Source: Eledone cirrhosa (Eukaryota). Taken from it: a stretch of DNA of 64,000 nt. Below are positions 1 through 14,099 of this stretch, piece after piece (positions within the stretch are counted from its first letter, which is position 1; every line of letters starts with the position of its first letter). The translations under genes were made by a program, and so were the position numbers. The DNA is taken from positions 158,348,001-158,412,000 of the forward strand of contig OZ024743.1 in NCBI GenBank assembly GCA_964016885.1, in the 5' to 3' direction. The notes beneath the pieces are model-generated. The model worked only from the letters and a program-made list of their open reading frames with translations. It was not told the DNA's origin and made no database searches.

Positions 1-1330
1 CTTTGAGGTAATCGATCCATGCCATGGTCAAGTTGGTTTTCCTCCTCTTGCTATCTTTAAGTATTGTTTTATCAAATGCTGGTCCTTTGTTCCTCTGCAC
101 GTATGCTAGCACCCTTTCTGCTCATTGGACACCATCTAGTCTCGGAGACTTCCAGGAGCTCATCTTTTTGGGGGGCTTCCTTCAATGACTAATTCTGCCT
201 GCTGTGGTCTAACTGTTGTTTGTTTAAGTTCTTCTAACCAGTCAGCATCCTTCTTGCACTCCTTCTCGTTACTCCAAATGTTGCTCCAAAACTTTTGGAT
301 TTCAATGTTATCCAGTATAATCACTTCATCCGTACACTATCCATTTATTTCTCAGTAAAATCTCTTTTGGTCTACTCTGAATAGTTTATTTTGATGATAT
401 TGCTTTATTCTGTGTTTGTATCTAATTATATTTGCTTTTTTTCTGAGACATTGCTTGAGTTCCTCCATTACTACTTTTTGGCCTTTTCTTTCAATACCAT
501 ACTTCCTTTCCAGTGCTCTGTATTTTTGCTTTCATTTCTAAGCTCCCCCTTCTCCATTCAGACTATGATAGAGATGTCCTTCAAGAGGGTATCTATACTG
601 GCCAGTATTCTTCTTTTTTGTCTCCCTTATTGTTTTTCTGTGCCTTGACATCTACATCCATATTTTCTGCTACAACAATGCTTTCTGACTTTATCAAGTC
701 ATTTGTTTCTGTAATGTTATTTTTTTATGCATTTTAGAACTTCATTCACCTTGCAAATATGATTCCTATTGTCCTCCTGTAACATTTCCTTTCTTTTGTC
801 ATACATTGCCTTCTGCTCACCTGTCATGTTTTTGTTAATATCATTGTCTTCCTGACCATCTACATTTCTCTCACCAGACAGATCATCTCTGCCCTGTTTC
901 TATGGGTTACCAGAAATCTCTTCACCCTTGTCCTCTGCTGTAATTTCCCTTTTCTCAGTAAGACCTGCATTTTCACCATTTCTTTCACCGCTGTTTCCTG
1001 ATACCCACCTTTTGATAGCTTCAAATACCACTTCTGTCAACCAGTGATCTTTTCTTATTGCTCTGGCTTGATCACATAACCTCTGCTCAGTGAATTGAAA
1101 TAAGTCTCTTTCTCTCCATTCTTTATGCATTCATTGTTGGTATCCTTTGATAGGGATACCATTTTCATCCACAGGATTGTTCAAGTAGTAACACTCCATG
1201 ATCACAATATTTACTTGTTTACTCCACCTCCATCGTGGTTGCTGATCCATTGCTGAGTAACAATCTGCTGGAGCCAGACCAAGTACTCCAAGTCTGCCGG
1301 GCACGATACTTTCACCATCGAGGGTTCCAG
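1..1330 (-). mobile_element. R4/Dong-clade non-LTR retrotransposon, degenerate 5' ORF part
   Basis: WSKQVNIVIMECYY and EQRLCDQARAIRK N-terminal motifs; WKSP.LDGVQ pre-RT motif near 130-155; stops and frameshifts. Confidence 0.8.
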
Positions 1331-1486
1331 TCCCATTAATGCCATTTTTCTCAAATTTTTTTAATTTAACATAATCACTTATATGAGGTAGAAAAACAAA
1401 TTGATTTAACATATGAGATAGCAATTATTAGGTTTCGCAACTACCAGTGTTTTTATTGTGACACCATCATTATTGTTATTATTATT

Positions 1487-1674
1487 TGGATTGGCAGTAT
1501 CGGTAGAGGGTCGGACGCCATGCTTTGCAGCATAAAGTTACGGCCCTTTATGGTCTGAGTTCAAATCCTGCCAAAGTTAACTTTGCCTTTCATCCTTACG
1601 GGGTCGATAAAATAAAGTACCAGTAATACACCGGGATAATTGCTGGTCTTGTGCCAAAAGTAGAAACAATTATT
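1487..1674 (+). mobile_element. tRNA-derived SINE with Meta-domain core (family A)
   Basis: A box tggcagtatcgg, B box gttcaaatcc, core aactttgcctttcatccttacggggtcgataaaataaagtaccag, ATT tail; >10 copies in window. Confidence 0.9.
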
Positions 1675-1942
1675 AAGAAATCATTATCACAATTGTCACC
1701 ATCGAACTCATCATCACCATCACCTTCACCAGCGTTATTATTACTACAATTATTGTAAACAACTTTTTCGTGGGAGAAAATATATGAAAATATATCTGCA
1801 GCTTTGGGGGAAGTATTTATGCTAAATTTTTTTAAGCTACTTTGATTGGCCAGTAATGAAATTATTATAATATAGTTGTGGTCATTGCTATTGTAGGTTG
1901 TGTTGGCGTTGTAATAATACATATTATTATTATTCTGTTGAC

Positions 1943-2090
1943 GCATAGAGTTACGGCCCTAGGCAATTCTGAGTTCAAATCCCACCGAGGTTAACTTTGC
2001 CTTTCATCCTTACGGGGTCGATAAAATAAAGTACCAGTAATGCACTGGGTAATTGCTGGCCTTGTGCCAAAAGTAGAAACAATTATTATT
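1943..2090 (+). mobile_element. SINE family A, 5'-truncated
   Basis: Near-identical to 3' part of the 1487 copy. Confidence 0.85.
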
Positions 2091-2155
2091 CTGCCCCTGT
2101 CTTTTTGTATTATCCTCTATATGTAGGACCTTGTGGCCATTATTATTATTATTAT

Positions 2156-2200
<45 letters not shown>

Positions 2201-2479
2201 CAGTAGTAGTAGTAGTAATCTTTTTTTCTATATTGTTCCGCCCTCGTATTCACTTAACAAATCACATCACAAAAGTTGATAGGTAAATAAGTCTTAAAAT
2301 AATTGAGAAAATAAGTATAACAGCGTAGGAGTAGGAGGAGGTAAAAAGAAGTATTAAGGACTATAAAAGATATGAATCAATTTTGCATTAAAAATATTTG
2401 AATGGTATTAAATATTAAGTTTACTCTAGAAATTAAACAGGAAAGATATATTACAAAGACAAAAATTCACGAAGTATGT

Positions 2480-3020
2480 GAGTGGTACTTGTTAGAAATA
2501 TATTTTGGATTTCATAGATGTTAAGTTTACTACGTATGCTTTCTAGAAACTTTTGAACACCTTCCTTTATGACACCTAAAGCTCCTATCACTACCGCAAT
2601 AGTTTGTGTTTTAGGGTATCACATTCTGTTTATTTCAATTTCTAAATCTTTATATTTTGCAAGTTTTTCATACTCTTATACTGACATATTTCTATCAGAT
2701 GGTACACTCATGTTAATGAGTAAGCAGGTGTTGCTTTTTAAATCTTTAATAATAATATCTAGGTGGTCTAAATAGCATGATCTGTGTGGATGGTAAAGTC
2801 CCAAAAGATTGTTGCTCCTTCAGTCTGAGTTACTGGTTGTGATTTGTGTTCATAGCAGTTTTCTGCATGTTCTGCATTGTATTTTTTTGTATATTATCCA
2901 GCAGATGTATTGCCCCACCCTATCATGTCTAATCTTATATTCAGTTGCTACTAGTATGGAGCATCCTAGTCAATTGCTTCAAACTGTACGTCACATATCC
3001 TGCATTTGGTCTGCTCCAGT
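2480..3020 (-). mobile_element. R4/Dong 3' fragment (restriction-like endonuclease region)
   Basis: Minus-strand IAVVIGALGVIK and WDF..TD...RP motifs. Confidence 0.7.
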
Positions 3021-3035
3021 GTTTTTATTATTATT

Positions 3036-3182
3036 AATCTTGCCGAGGTTGGCTTTACCTTTCATCCTTATAAGGTTGATAAAATAAAAGCACCAATAAC
3101 ACACTGGGGTCGATTTAATCGAGTATCCCCTCCCAAAACATTGTTGGCTTTGTGCCTAAATCAGAAACCATTATTATTATTA
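3036..3182 (+). mobile_element. SINE family A-related, truncated and diverged
   Basis: ctttcatccttataaggttgataaaataaaagcacca core and ATT tail. Confidence 0.7.
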
Positions 3183-6100
3183 TTTGAAACTTCCTTTGAG
3201 TTCTGCTTCTTTCCCAAATCATGCCAAGTGTCAACCTAACACCTGAGGTAAAATTTGATAATACACATATTTACAATCAATTGTCATACAAATGATGCCA
3301 CAAGGGCACAAACAACAGTAAATGTCTTTGCAAGGTTTTTAAACTGATAATGGCCCTTCTCAGAACATGGACAGTGCCAGTCAGCACTATTTTCTGTATT
3401 TCTTGCAGAGATATTTTTCCAGGTATCCAATCCAAATATTTTTCAGTTCCCTTATTTTATCACTCCAAGTGTGCCGGCTATTATTATTATTATTATTGTT
3501 ATTATTATTATTATTGTTGTTATTTCATCAAACTGAGACAGATCTTATGTCGTCAAATTTTACATACAGAAGTGAGTCATAACAAATGATCAAGGGTCCC
3601 ACAATTCATCCTTCTTTCTACATTTGTGATGCTCTTCTCAAAGTTTTAGTTGTTTCTAAGAGCACTGTTTATTGCAACAAATCAGTCTGAATTTCCACAC
3701 TAATCCTTGAAATTCAATTTTGGATTTTCTTCATTACCACACCAAGGACCTCAACAACTGGAATAAATTCCACTCTGTCCATTTGCCAAATCTGCATTAT
3801 TTCAAATTTAAGTGGCTGATATTTATCTCCCTTCTCAACAACTCTGTCATCTCCTGGCACTGCTATGTCAATCAAGAGGCAGTGTTTTCTTTCTTTATTG
3901 ACCAGTATCAGATCTTGTCCTCTTGCTGTGGATACTGAAGTCCCAAAGAAGCTTCATATTTGCATTGTACAGCACTGCCTTAGCTTTATGTTTGTACCTC
4001 TTCTCAAACCTCTCCAGTCCCAAATTTTCAAACAATTTACAATGTGCCTTGCATTCACATTGTCATGCCCCATTTTGTAATCCTTCAGTGCATTAACTAT
4101 GTGGCTCACCGTTTTCCTGTTAAACCATGCATCCACACAGATCAAGGCCTCTGTTCCAATTTTCAAATCTAATTTCTTCACCCAGACTTGAGTATCTTCT
4201 CCGTTAATCTTTTTTCCATATGCTGCACTGATTAGCCATGTATCCTTTTCTCTTTCCATACTCTTATTGTTTTCTCTTGCATATTTATGTGTCTATTATC
4301 CTGACTTGTCTCATTCCATTCAAAAATTAGTTTTCACTGTTTTTATACACCACCCTCATTCATTTTCCTCACTTTTAATGCAATCCTCACATTCAATGAA
4401 TCTCCTCCCTCCTTTGTTGGTATATACAGTTTATTTACATAATTCTTCAAATGATTAAAAGCTCCAGACATTGTCATTTTCTTACTAGTTTTCCTGTCTA
4501 ATTCTTTGACCTCATCCTATGTCTATTTCAGTATGCCTGCTCCATATCACAAAACTGCAGCAGCCAATGTGTTTATTGTTGTGATCTTGTTCCTGCCATT
4601 CAATTTTGTTTTCAACACCAGCCCAGTCTTCTGTACTACTTGGTTGTACCTTCTTCCTCCATTTCAACCTCCTTTATTTTGTCCATCTCCAAAATCCCAA
4701 GATGCTTGTATCCATTCTATAGCCTTCATCACCTGTTCATTGGGAAGCTCTGTCCCATCAGTTGCAATTGCCTTCCTTCTTTGTATCACCATTACACCAC
4801 ATTTCCTGATGTCCAACTCCATACCCATATCACTGTTGTAGAGATACACTGTATTCACCGATGAATCAGTTTGATTCTGGTTCTAGCCAAACAGCTTGAA
4901 ATCATCCATGAAATATAAATCATTGATTTTCAGTTGTTTATCACACCATTCATATCCCATACTAGTTCTTCTCAGCAATAGTGACAGCTGTATCAAGCAT
5001 AAATCAAAAAGAAGAGGTGAAAGGCTATAACAATGAACAATTCCTCTTTTTATATTCAACCCTCCCAGCAATATCCCTGCAAGGCTCAGTTGATTTCTCT
5101 GTTTCCACACCTCTCTTTATAAATTCAGTTACATTCTTAGCAATTCCAAATATCTTTATGCACTCCAATTTCCAACTGCGAGGGACAAAGTCAGATACCT
5201 TCCTATAATCCACCCACAGCATGACCAATTTTTTTTGTCTCTTCTTACAACACCACAGTATTACTTTATCTATCAGCAGTTGGTCCTCTATAAAGCTGAT
5301 CCTACATTCCTTTTGATCTTCTGATAATATACATTCAGTGTCCATAAATGTGTACATGCTCTTAACTGTAATCTCTGTCATTAATTTCCACAGAAATGGT
5401 AGACATGAGATCAACTGAAAATTGTCCACTGCATTCATTTTTGGGTGGATCCTTCAGATACAGGACAGTTCTGCTATGAGTCATCCAACTTTGTATTGGT
5501 CTCACACTATTTAAGATATCATTGAGTTCAATTGATATTTTTCTGGTCTGTCCTGAATGTCTAATTGTAACTATATTGAACTATTCTCTGGTCAAACTTT
5601 TTGTTTTTTGATGCTTTAGTTGTCAGTCTCTGTTTTAGCTCTTCTAAACACAACCAAACCCTTCCTCTCAATTATGTATTTTCAGTTTAGTTTGTAGCGG
5701 AACTACTTGCATGGCATGTATCCATAATCTATCTGTGCGTGATTTGGCTAAGTTAGACCAATCATAAGCCATGCACGGATATATATTTCAATTTCAGCCC
5801 AAACAAAGATTTTCCCGCTTTTTTTGTCTTCACCAAAAAAGTCTTTTCCCGCTTCTTTTGTCTTCACAAAACACCATTTTTGTCCTTAACGTTCGACCAC
5901 TAGCCATTATGTAATGACAACAACTCAACTTAGGCCTGGCCGGCACCTTGGCCAGAAACTGTGCCTTCTTCTGCTTAAAACTTTTAATTTTGTTTGTTCT
6001 TTGTTTGACATGTCAACCCAGCTTAACTTTTGTAATCAGTTGTAAATAAAACTTGTAAAATATTATAAGGTCTTGTGATATTTTTACCATAGCCATAGCC

Positions 6101-6840
6101 TTTAAATGTGATATGGAAAAATCCTTTCCAGAGTTCTTAACACTACAGCAACAGATGTACTTCTTTCGTGGCTGCAAAACCTACAACCAAACTACAACTT
6201 CTTACATTCCTCTCTAATTCAAACATACATTTACTTTCAACTGTTACGTTACATTTCTTGCTATAACAATTACCTGGACAACTCCTCGTGTGCTATCAAC
6301 AAAACAACAATAATAACTTTAATTCCTTTCTTATTAGTACTATGCCAATACAGCATAATATTATCTTTCTGCTAAAAGTTCTTTGTACTTCCTTTCATTT
6401 TACAGGCGATCCGTGTCTTTCTTTTAAGTATAATTACATCTCGTCTTAAAATCTTTATGTCCTCTTGAATCCTTCTCTTCCACGATGGCTCTGCTTTTTC
6501 CTTCAATTTACTCTTCAGTCCCAATGTCTTTGCCCCTTATGTTGCATCAACCATGGTTAAATCATTTATTTCTGTGATATTTCCTTCCTTCTTCTATGTA
6601 CCAAATTAATCTAGTCACTTTACCTGTCATATTTTTCAGCCTACTAATATTCACCTTTTTTTAAATTTTTATAATCTATGAATTCTCTCTTTTTCATCAT
6701 TTCCAAAATTTCTCTAACAGTGTTTTGATCTTCCATGCTTAATTCTTCCATATTTCCTGTATCATTTTCTTTCTTCATTATCTGTAGGCTCACCATCATT
6801 CCTTTTAAAGCACTTATTTTTATCAATTTCTTCAATTATA
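3183..6840 (-). mobile_element. Fragmented R4/Dong element(s): RT and endonuclease, with an insert at ~5690-6370
   Basis: DQLLIDK, WVDYRK, SLSPLLF, YFMDDFKLF RT motifs; (TAA)n-type tails at ~3170 and ~3480-3520. Confidence 0.8.
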
Positions 6841-7086
6841 CTTTCCTTTTGCACATCACACAAAAATGAAAACTGACAATCAATAAGTAAGAACATCAAT
6901 GGAATAAGCATATACCCAGAAAGGTTTATTGATACTCATTTTTTTTAAATCAAAGAAGAAAAACATTCCAGGTATGCTGACAGCTATTTCTTGCAGGGTG
7001 GGAATCAACCAAAAGGGATTCACTCAGTGCGTTAGTTGTCAATGATCATGTTTCACGGCCAGCATCTCTGATTTGAACGCTGGTTT

Positions 7087-7228
<142 letters not shown>

Positions 7229-9008
7229 ATATATATACCTTTAATCATTTTACTTTTATTAACATCATTTTCCATACATAGTAGTTGGAAATCATTCAAC
7301 TACTCTAAAAAGAATATTAGACTCCTGATTTTTCCATAACAAGAATTTCTTCTTCTCACTCCACATAATGACGTAATATACTAATTTCACTTACAATTGT
7401 ATAAATAACATTACAAATGGGGAAGGGGTAAAGAAGGGCAGAGAATGATGGGTTCTAGGCCCAGGATACAGCGGTGTTGGGACTGTGCCCTGTGGACAAA
7501 ACTGCAGAAGCATTTCCACGGACACTGGCCAGTGACACTACTGCAACTACTCGCACCTCATGGGGCTCCTGATGTTCCTATCTATATCATCATCATCATC
7601 ACCGTTTTACGTCCGTTCTTCCATGCTAGCATGGGTTGGATATATAATATAAAAGATTGGAACTCCCATCATCCTTTTGAGAAACCAGCCATGTTTATGC
7701 AATGGCACATGCTTAACAGTCAGGGGGAAGATGAACCATCTCCTAGAAGGTCACTATTCTTGACAGCAATCATCAAGGAGAAAATGAATTTATTCCCAAC
7801 TTTCCTCTACTGGGCTGCCGTTCAAATTCTCAAGACTTCAGTTCCCTGTTAGAGCCAGTTTTGCTATAACCATAAATAAAGCTCAAAGTTTGAAAGTGAT
7901 AGGATTGAATACAAGAGAATCCTTTTTTGACCTCATACTGTAAACTAAACAAAGCATCCAATACAGTTGTTTTCTCTTCTACCAGCCATCTCTTATCATT
8001 TACCCAGGTAAAGCTTGGTACACCAGCTAGTATTTTATAGATCTTGGAAGCAAACGTTTTAAGACCATTTTCTCTGCTGTAAGGGGGGTTAGACTTGTGG
8101 GCCCAATGAGTTTTCTAATCTTACTTACCATAGCTCCCTTTTTAAGGCTATGTTTTACTACCAGATGCTCATCCTGATACCAGTTCATTCAGTTGACTCT
8201 TATGGCACACAGGGATAATGTAAACCTATTATAAAACTTGGATACATATGACCAAAAATACCCTTATTAAACAAAAATACTTCTGCAAACATGGGTATTT
8301 TTTATTTATAAAACAAGTAACTTTCCACTAATTTCATCCCTTTAACATAAACACACCCTATGTTAGCTCTCTTGACACATTTTATCATAATTCCACTCAC
8401 ACTGTTTTACTTTCACCTATACAGTGGTTGGTAGTAGAAAGGACATCAACTGTAGAAACCATGACAAAAAAAGGGATGAAAGGACCCTTCAGTTCTGTCA
8501 AGGTCACAACAATCTCTCTGGTGTTGGTGACACAATTAAATGCACTCAGTACAATCTGTAGTGGTTGGTAATATAAAGAACATCAAGCCATTGAAAGCTT
8601 ACCAAACAAACGGTCACAAGGACCCTTCAATTGTGTCAAAGACATGACAACCTATCTCGTGCTAGTGCCATGATAAAGTGTCCCTTTAGAAATTCAATTC
8701 CAACAATTTTAGTGGTATTTTTATGGGTTAATTCTTGGCTAGAAACTCCCAGCTGTATTTGGATACACAACGAAGGTGTGTCTATTTTCCTGAGGTGGAT
8801 GAGTATCTGTTATTTGATTATTAACTAACTTACATTGGCAGTCAACCTCAAAATTTCACTTATATACCAATTAAGATAGAAGACAGAAAAAATAACAATA
8901 CAAATAATAATAATAATAACAACCTTTAGTAGAATTCAGCTTTCTGTTAAACACTGATAAAGGTCACCCTGTTTAAAGACCAGAATCTGGTCTTTGAGCT
9001 CTGAGAAA

Positions 9009-9590
9009 AATCTTAATTGGTTAATTCACTAAGAAGGAAGTTGCCAATCTAAGATGTCCTATTCTACAGATAAATAAATATAACAAGAGACAGACTGATG
9101 ATAGCAATAAATAACAAATGTACAATGTCAAACAATCCCCCCTCTCTGCCTAATCTTAATTGGTTAATTTACTGAGAAGGAAGTTGTCAATCTAAGATGT
9201 CCTATTCCACAGATAAACAAATATAATAAGCTACAGACTGATGATAGGATCACCATCATCATCATCATCATCAACATTATCATCACTGTCTAACATCCAT
9301 TTTCCAAGCTAGCATGGGTTAGACGAGCTGTCCCATTGTGAGACAAGCCAGATCAGATGACTGTGCCATGCTCATACAGAATGACTTGGGCTTGGTTTCT
9401 ATGGCTGGATGCCCTTCCTAATGCCAACCACATTTACAGTGTGTACTGGGTGCTTTTTGTTGTGACACCAAAACAACTACTTGACAGTGTGGGCTGGAAA
9501 CTTGGGTGGGGGCAGGGCATGGGGATTGAGGTGGGGGTGTGGCAAATAACAAATGTATAATGTCAATCAATCCCCATCTCTGTCTAATGA
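9009..9590. repeat. ~142-bp tandem duplication; second unit split by an RTE 3'-end insertion (~9248-9542, minus)
   Basis: aatcttaattggttaatt..ctgatgatag at 9009 and 9152; unit resumes as aaataacaaatgtataatgtcaa at 9544. Confidence 0.8.
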
Positions 9591-9779
9591 ACAGTGGATG
9601 AGGTTGTTGGAGAAGCACTACAATTGATAGACAACTGCCATTACAGTAAGTGGGGTGATGATTGTTATCTTCCACACATATACAGAGGCATACATACATA
9701 CATACATACATACATACATACATACATACATACATACATACATACATACACACACATACATGCATACATACACACATGA

Positions 9780-10560
9780 TCTGTGCGGTTTATGACACAG
9801 GTGACAGAAGAGAGTTATGCTTTCCACAGGACCGGTGGTGTCACCGAGTGGGACACACTCTTTATGTACCATCATGTGTCTTTTTAGTCTGGAACTGGTT
9901 CTACACACTTTGTGCATATCACACGCATTGTTTCGCCAGGTCTTTGTTGAGTGGTGTTGTGGGTGGTTATCCTTTCATGTGACTTCAGGTGATTAACATA
10001 ACCAGCCTTTGAGAGGAGTACACTCTGACAGAAATTGCATGACCAACTACTGATGACTTCATCAAAACTGTGAGCACAGCCCTTCCGGTGCTGACGCTTC
10101 AGTTGTTTAAGTTCTAGACAACATTCCTCAAAAGTTTTGCAACTGCCCTTTATGTACTTTCTCCACTCAGCCCTATTTAGAGCTATCTCCTCCCAGTTGT
10201 CTATATCAAATGCCAGCTCTTTGAGGTTGTTTGTGATGCTGTCCTTGAACCTCATTTTTGGTTTGTGTTGAGGCCTTTTTCCAAGATGGAGCTCACCATA
10301 AAACAGTTTCTTTAGGATCCTGCTTTCTTTCATGCGGACGATATGCCCTGTCCAGTGCATTTGAGAAATGTTACTTGGGACTCAATGCTTGGGCATTCTG
10401 CTTTGATAAGAACATGGATATCAGGAGTTCTGTCTTGCCACTTGATGTTGAATATGTGCCTTAAACATTTCTGCTGAAAACGCTCAAACTATTTGATGTG
10501 TTTGTGGAATAGCATCCAGGTTTCGGAGGAGTATAAAAGAGCAGACAGAACACATGATCT
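9780..10560 (-). mobile_element. RTE/BovB-like LINE 3' part with C-terminal C2H2 fingers
   Basis: WTGHIVRM, LFYGEL, RFKDS motifs; CNFC..NHLKSH and CRTSSRLKRHMMVH; (TACA)n tract 9690-9775. Confidence 0.8.
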
Positions 10561-11119
10561 ATACACACACGCATACATACATACAGGCAGACAGACATTT
10601 ACATCTATACATACAGATATATGAAGATTCAAGCTCTGTGACAAACATACAGTTAAATATACATACACACATGTTTACACAGACATTAGTATGCACATAG
10701 TAATCCAATTTTTAACAACTGATGATTACAAAAGAAAGGAAATAGCCTTACAGCAAGTCAACTGACCAATGAATATTTATTTATAATATTCCTTTCCATT
10801 CTGATTTCAAATCCCATTAGTGCCAACTTTGTATTTCATCTTTTAAGGGATAATCTTAATTGCCTACTATAACTCAATTTACACTTAGAGTGCTTTATAG
10901 GAATATGAAATTGATCCTAATATTTTCCTGGAATTTTATTTCATCAAAACGGGAAGGTTGAATTGCTAAGTTAACTTTGGCACCATTTTAAGTACTGTAA
11001 AACACTGGCAGTTGACACAGTGAGTATATTTACTGTGTACATATATGAGTCTCATTACCAAATAAGAAACCAATATTTCATAAAATCATAATAAATCGAA
11101 GCGTTAGAGATAATCTTAA

Positions 11120-12735
11120 TGTCAAATGTCAATTATTTGAGTAGAAAAGGATTTGAGAATGGGTTTGCAGGTGGCAAATAGTGATACAGTTACCAGATAT
11201 GATGGTTCGTTGTAATATAAGTGGGCACCTGTCAAATGAATAAGCAACACTGAGGCTACATAAAACCAAGGAAGCCCACAAAACTGGCAGGTCCAGGCCG
11301 AGCTACAGAACAATGTGAGAAACTTTGGTGAATAAAGAAGTAAGGGCCAGGTATGCAGATACTATTGTATCTAAATTCAGAGAACTCCCTGAGCAAACTG
11401 AGGATGTTGAAACAGATTGGAAACTGTTTAAATCAGCAGTTTCTGCTTCAGTTCTTAAATGTTGCAGATGAAGGTGGCTTGGTGTGATGCCAGGTGACAG
11501 GAGGACTCCTTTTTTCAATCAAGAAGTCAAAGATGCCATCCGAGCAAAAAAGGCCTACAAAGCTTGGTTTTGAAATAAGTCCTCCTTCTTGCAAATGTGG
11601 TACAAGCAGGCATGAAAAATTGCAGCAGAGACAGTAAAAGCATCCAAAGTTAAGACATGGGAGGGCTCTGGGTTTAAGCTGAAATTTGACTTCAGATCAG
11701 CAAATAATGTGTTCTGGCAGACCATCTGCTGATTTCGTAATAAGTCCACTTCCACACATGCTATTAGGAATATGTCTGGGGTTCTCCTATCTTCTGAGAG
11801 GTGCATCCTCATGAGGTTGAGAAAATACTTTGCTGATCTCTTAAACCTAATCACAACAGTATATTCTGATATACATTAGAGGCATCTGGGAGTGGTGACT
11901 AATCTCTTGGAGGCTGAGGTCACAAAAGCAGTTAAAAAGCTCAAATGTAGCAAGGCCACTGGGGAGGATGAAATTTGGCTCAAGATATTAAAAGTCTTAA
12001 ATAGAGAAAGTAGTCTCTTGTTGACTCATGTGTGCCAGGTGGCCTGGAGCTCTGTAAAGGCACCTAAGCAATAACAATTGGAAGTGATAATCCCAATTTT
12101 CAAAAAGAAAGAGAAGAGAGACTACTCCAATTATACTCCTTGTTAATCCTCCCTTGTAAAGGCTATGTTAAGTGTTTGGCAAGGAAATGCCAGACACTGT
12201 CGAGTCCAAGTTAGCTGATAAACAGTTTGGTTTTTGCTGTTGATGCAGCACAGCCAACCAAATATTCACACTGTGGTAAGTCTTTGAGAAAAGATGGGTG
12301 TATTGCCAAGAGGTATATTCTTGTTTTGTCAATTTTGAAAAGGCATATGACCACGTTCCTCGGAACCTGGTGTGGAAGGTTGTGCAGGAGTATGGAATCA
12401 ATGAACAGCTTCTCGTTTCCCAGGTGCCTCTATACAAATGCCTTAGTATTTGTATACAGATAAATGGTGCTAAATTGAAGCCATTCAATGTGGGATTCAG
12501 ACTCCACCAAGAGTGTGTACTTTCACCTCTCCTGTTCTTCAGAAACTGAATTGACATGTGCAGCCAGATTGGAAGTGGTATCGTGATTGGCAGGTGTAGG
12601 ATCAGTTGGAATTTGCAGAATACATGATACTACTTAACTCATCAGAAAGTGATCTCCAACATGTACTTGATAGGTTTGATGCCGAGTGTTGCACGCCTGG
12701 AATGAAAATAATGCTGCAAAGACTGAGATTCTCAG
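11120..12735 (+). mobile_element. Expander/Rex3-like RTE LINE, degenerate
   Basis: KATGEDEI, CFVNFEKAYDHVPR, HQECVLSPLLF motifs. Confidence 0.8.
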
Positions 12736-12739
12736 CATG

Positions 12740-14050
12740 GTACCCTGCCAAAAGCCTTCTAGATCAATAAATGCTTGTCACAGAGACTTGTCCATTCCAC
12801 CAACAACTGTGTACTTTTGCAGCTGTTTCACTAGGAAGAGAGCATTGCTAGTACCCCTTCCTGGCACAAAACCAAACTGTATCTCATCTGGCTGAATCTA
12901 TTCCCTAATTAGTAGCCCTCTTTCAGTTACTTTCTTAATGTGGTCCTGTGGTCCATCAACTTTCTAGTGCAGAGGTATGCACCAGGCAGTCTGCGGGTCA
13001 CAATCCGGCCCGCCAGACCAGTTAGAGTGGCCCGCAATGACCGTTTTTAATTTTAACCTTGTAGGCTTATTTAGAATTATTTTTGTAACCGTAATACAAT
13101 TTTCTGTTAGTTGACCTGATACAATTTTCTGTTGATGTAATACAATTTTCTGTTAGAGCTTCACTGATAGGGTTATGTGTGTTATAATTTCCCCGTTCCA
13201 TGTTATGGAAAGAAGTTGTGGTGAATCTTTGGAATAGTGCTTAATAAATATTAATAACCCTAATGTTCCAATGTTCAAAAGTGGTCCACCAATGGAATAT
13301 GTTACACACCTCTGTTCTAGTGTATCTCTTGTGTCCTTGTAACAGTTTACAATGATACTGCTGCACCAGACATTGGGTCTGGCACTATCCTGTATTACTT
13401 GATTGATTAGAAATCTGACTGGCATGTAACCTACCCTACAAGATATTTTTTTAGTATTTCTGCAACTATACCATAGCTGACTTCCTACCTTTATATTCTT
13501 AATCATTTTGTCTCCCATACTGGTATCTACTTTGATGGCTAGTCCCTTAGTTAGGTCTACTCCCATTCATTCTCTTCATTCAGCAATTTCTTATAACACT
13601 TCTAGTACTCTTTCTTTTCAGTATCGGTAAGAGCAATAGTGTAGTATCTTTCCAAATGCACTTCTCTCCAACAACATCTTTATTTTCTCTTAACACAATG
13701 TCTTATAATTTGGAATGCCTTGTTCCTTTGATATTTACATTGTAGAACATGTGTAAACTTCTTATTTTCTGTTTCTTCCCCGGCTAAGTATACTTGATAC
13801 CTAGCCTTACTTTTAGTTATTTGGTATTGCTCTCTGCTTCCTGTAGTTTTTTAGTCTTTCAAAGCCTGTCTCTTAGTTTTTATGGCTCTTTCTACCCTTT
13901 CATTCCACCAACATGTAACCTTCTAACTTGCTGCAACCTTTCATCAACTCCAGATGTGGTTCATAACCTTCAGCAGGTCATCTCATAAAAAGTCTTAATT
14001 ATACTCTGTTATAAATCTCTTTCTCCTCTTCTGTGATAAGTGTTAATTAG
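12740..14050 (-). mobile_element. Degenerate RTE LINE interrupted by hAT MITE
   Basis: WCSSIIVNCYK and QFGFVPGRG on minus strand. Confidence 0.75.
12970..13314. mobile_element. hAT (Charlie-like) MITE
   Basis: TIRs cagaggtatg / acacctctg, subterminal ggcccgc motifs, exact 8-bp TSD ttctagtg at 12962-12969 and 13315-13322. Confidence 0.9.
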
Positions 14051-14099
14051 AACTTATGGGAATTTGAAGGTTCTTTCAACTCCTATGTCTATATCATTA

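Noticed and set aside
1487-1674. tRNA genes at SINE heads
   Set aside because: Only A/B boxes, no cloverleaf; fused to SINE body with TSDs
7445-7590. Zinc-knuckle-like RIQRCWDC peptide
   Set aside because: Too short and degenerate to assign
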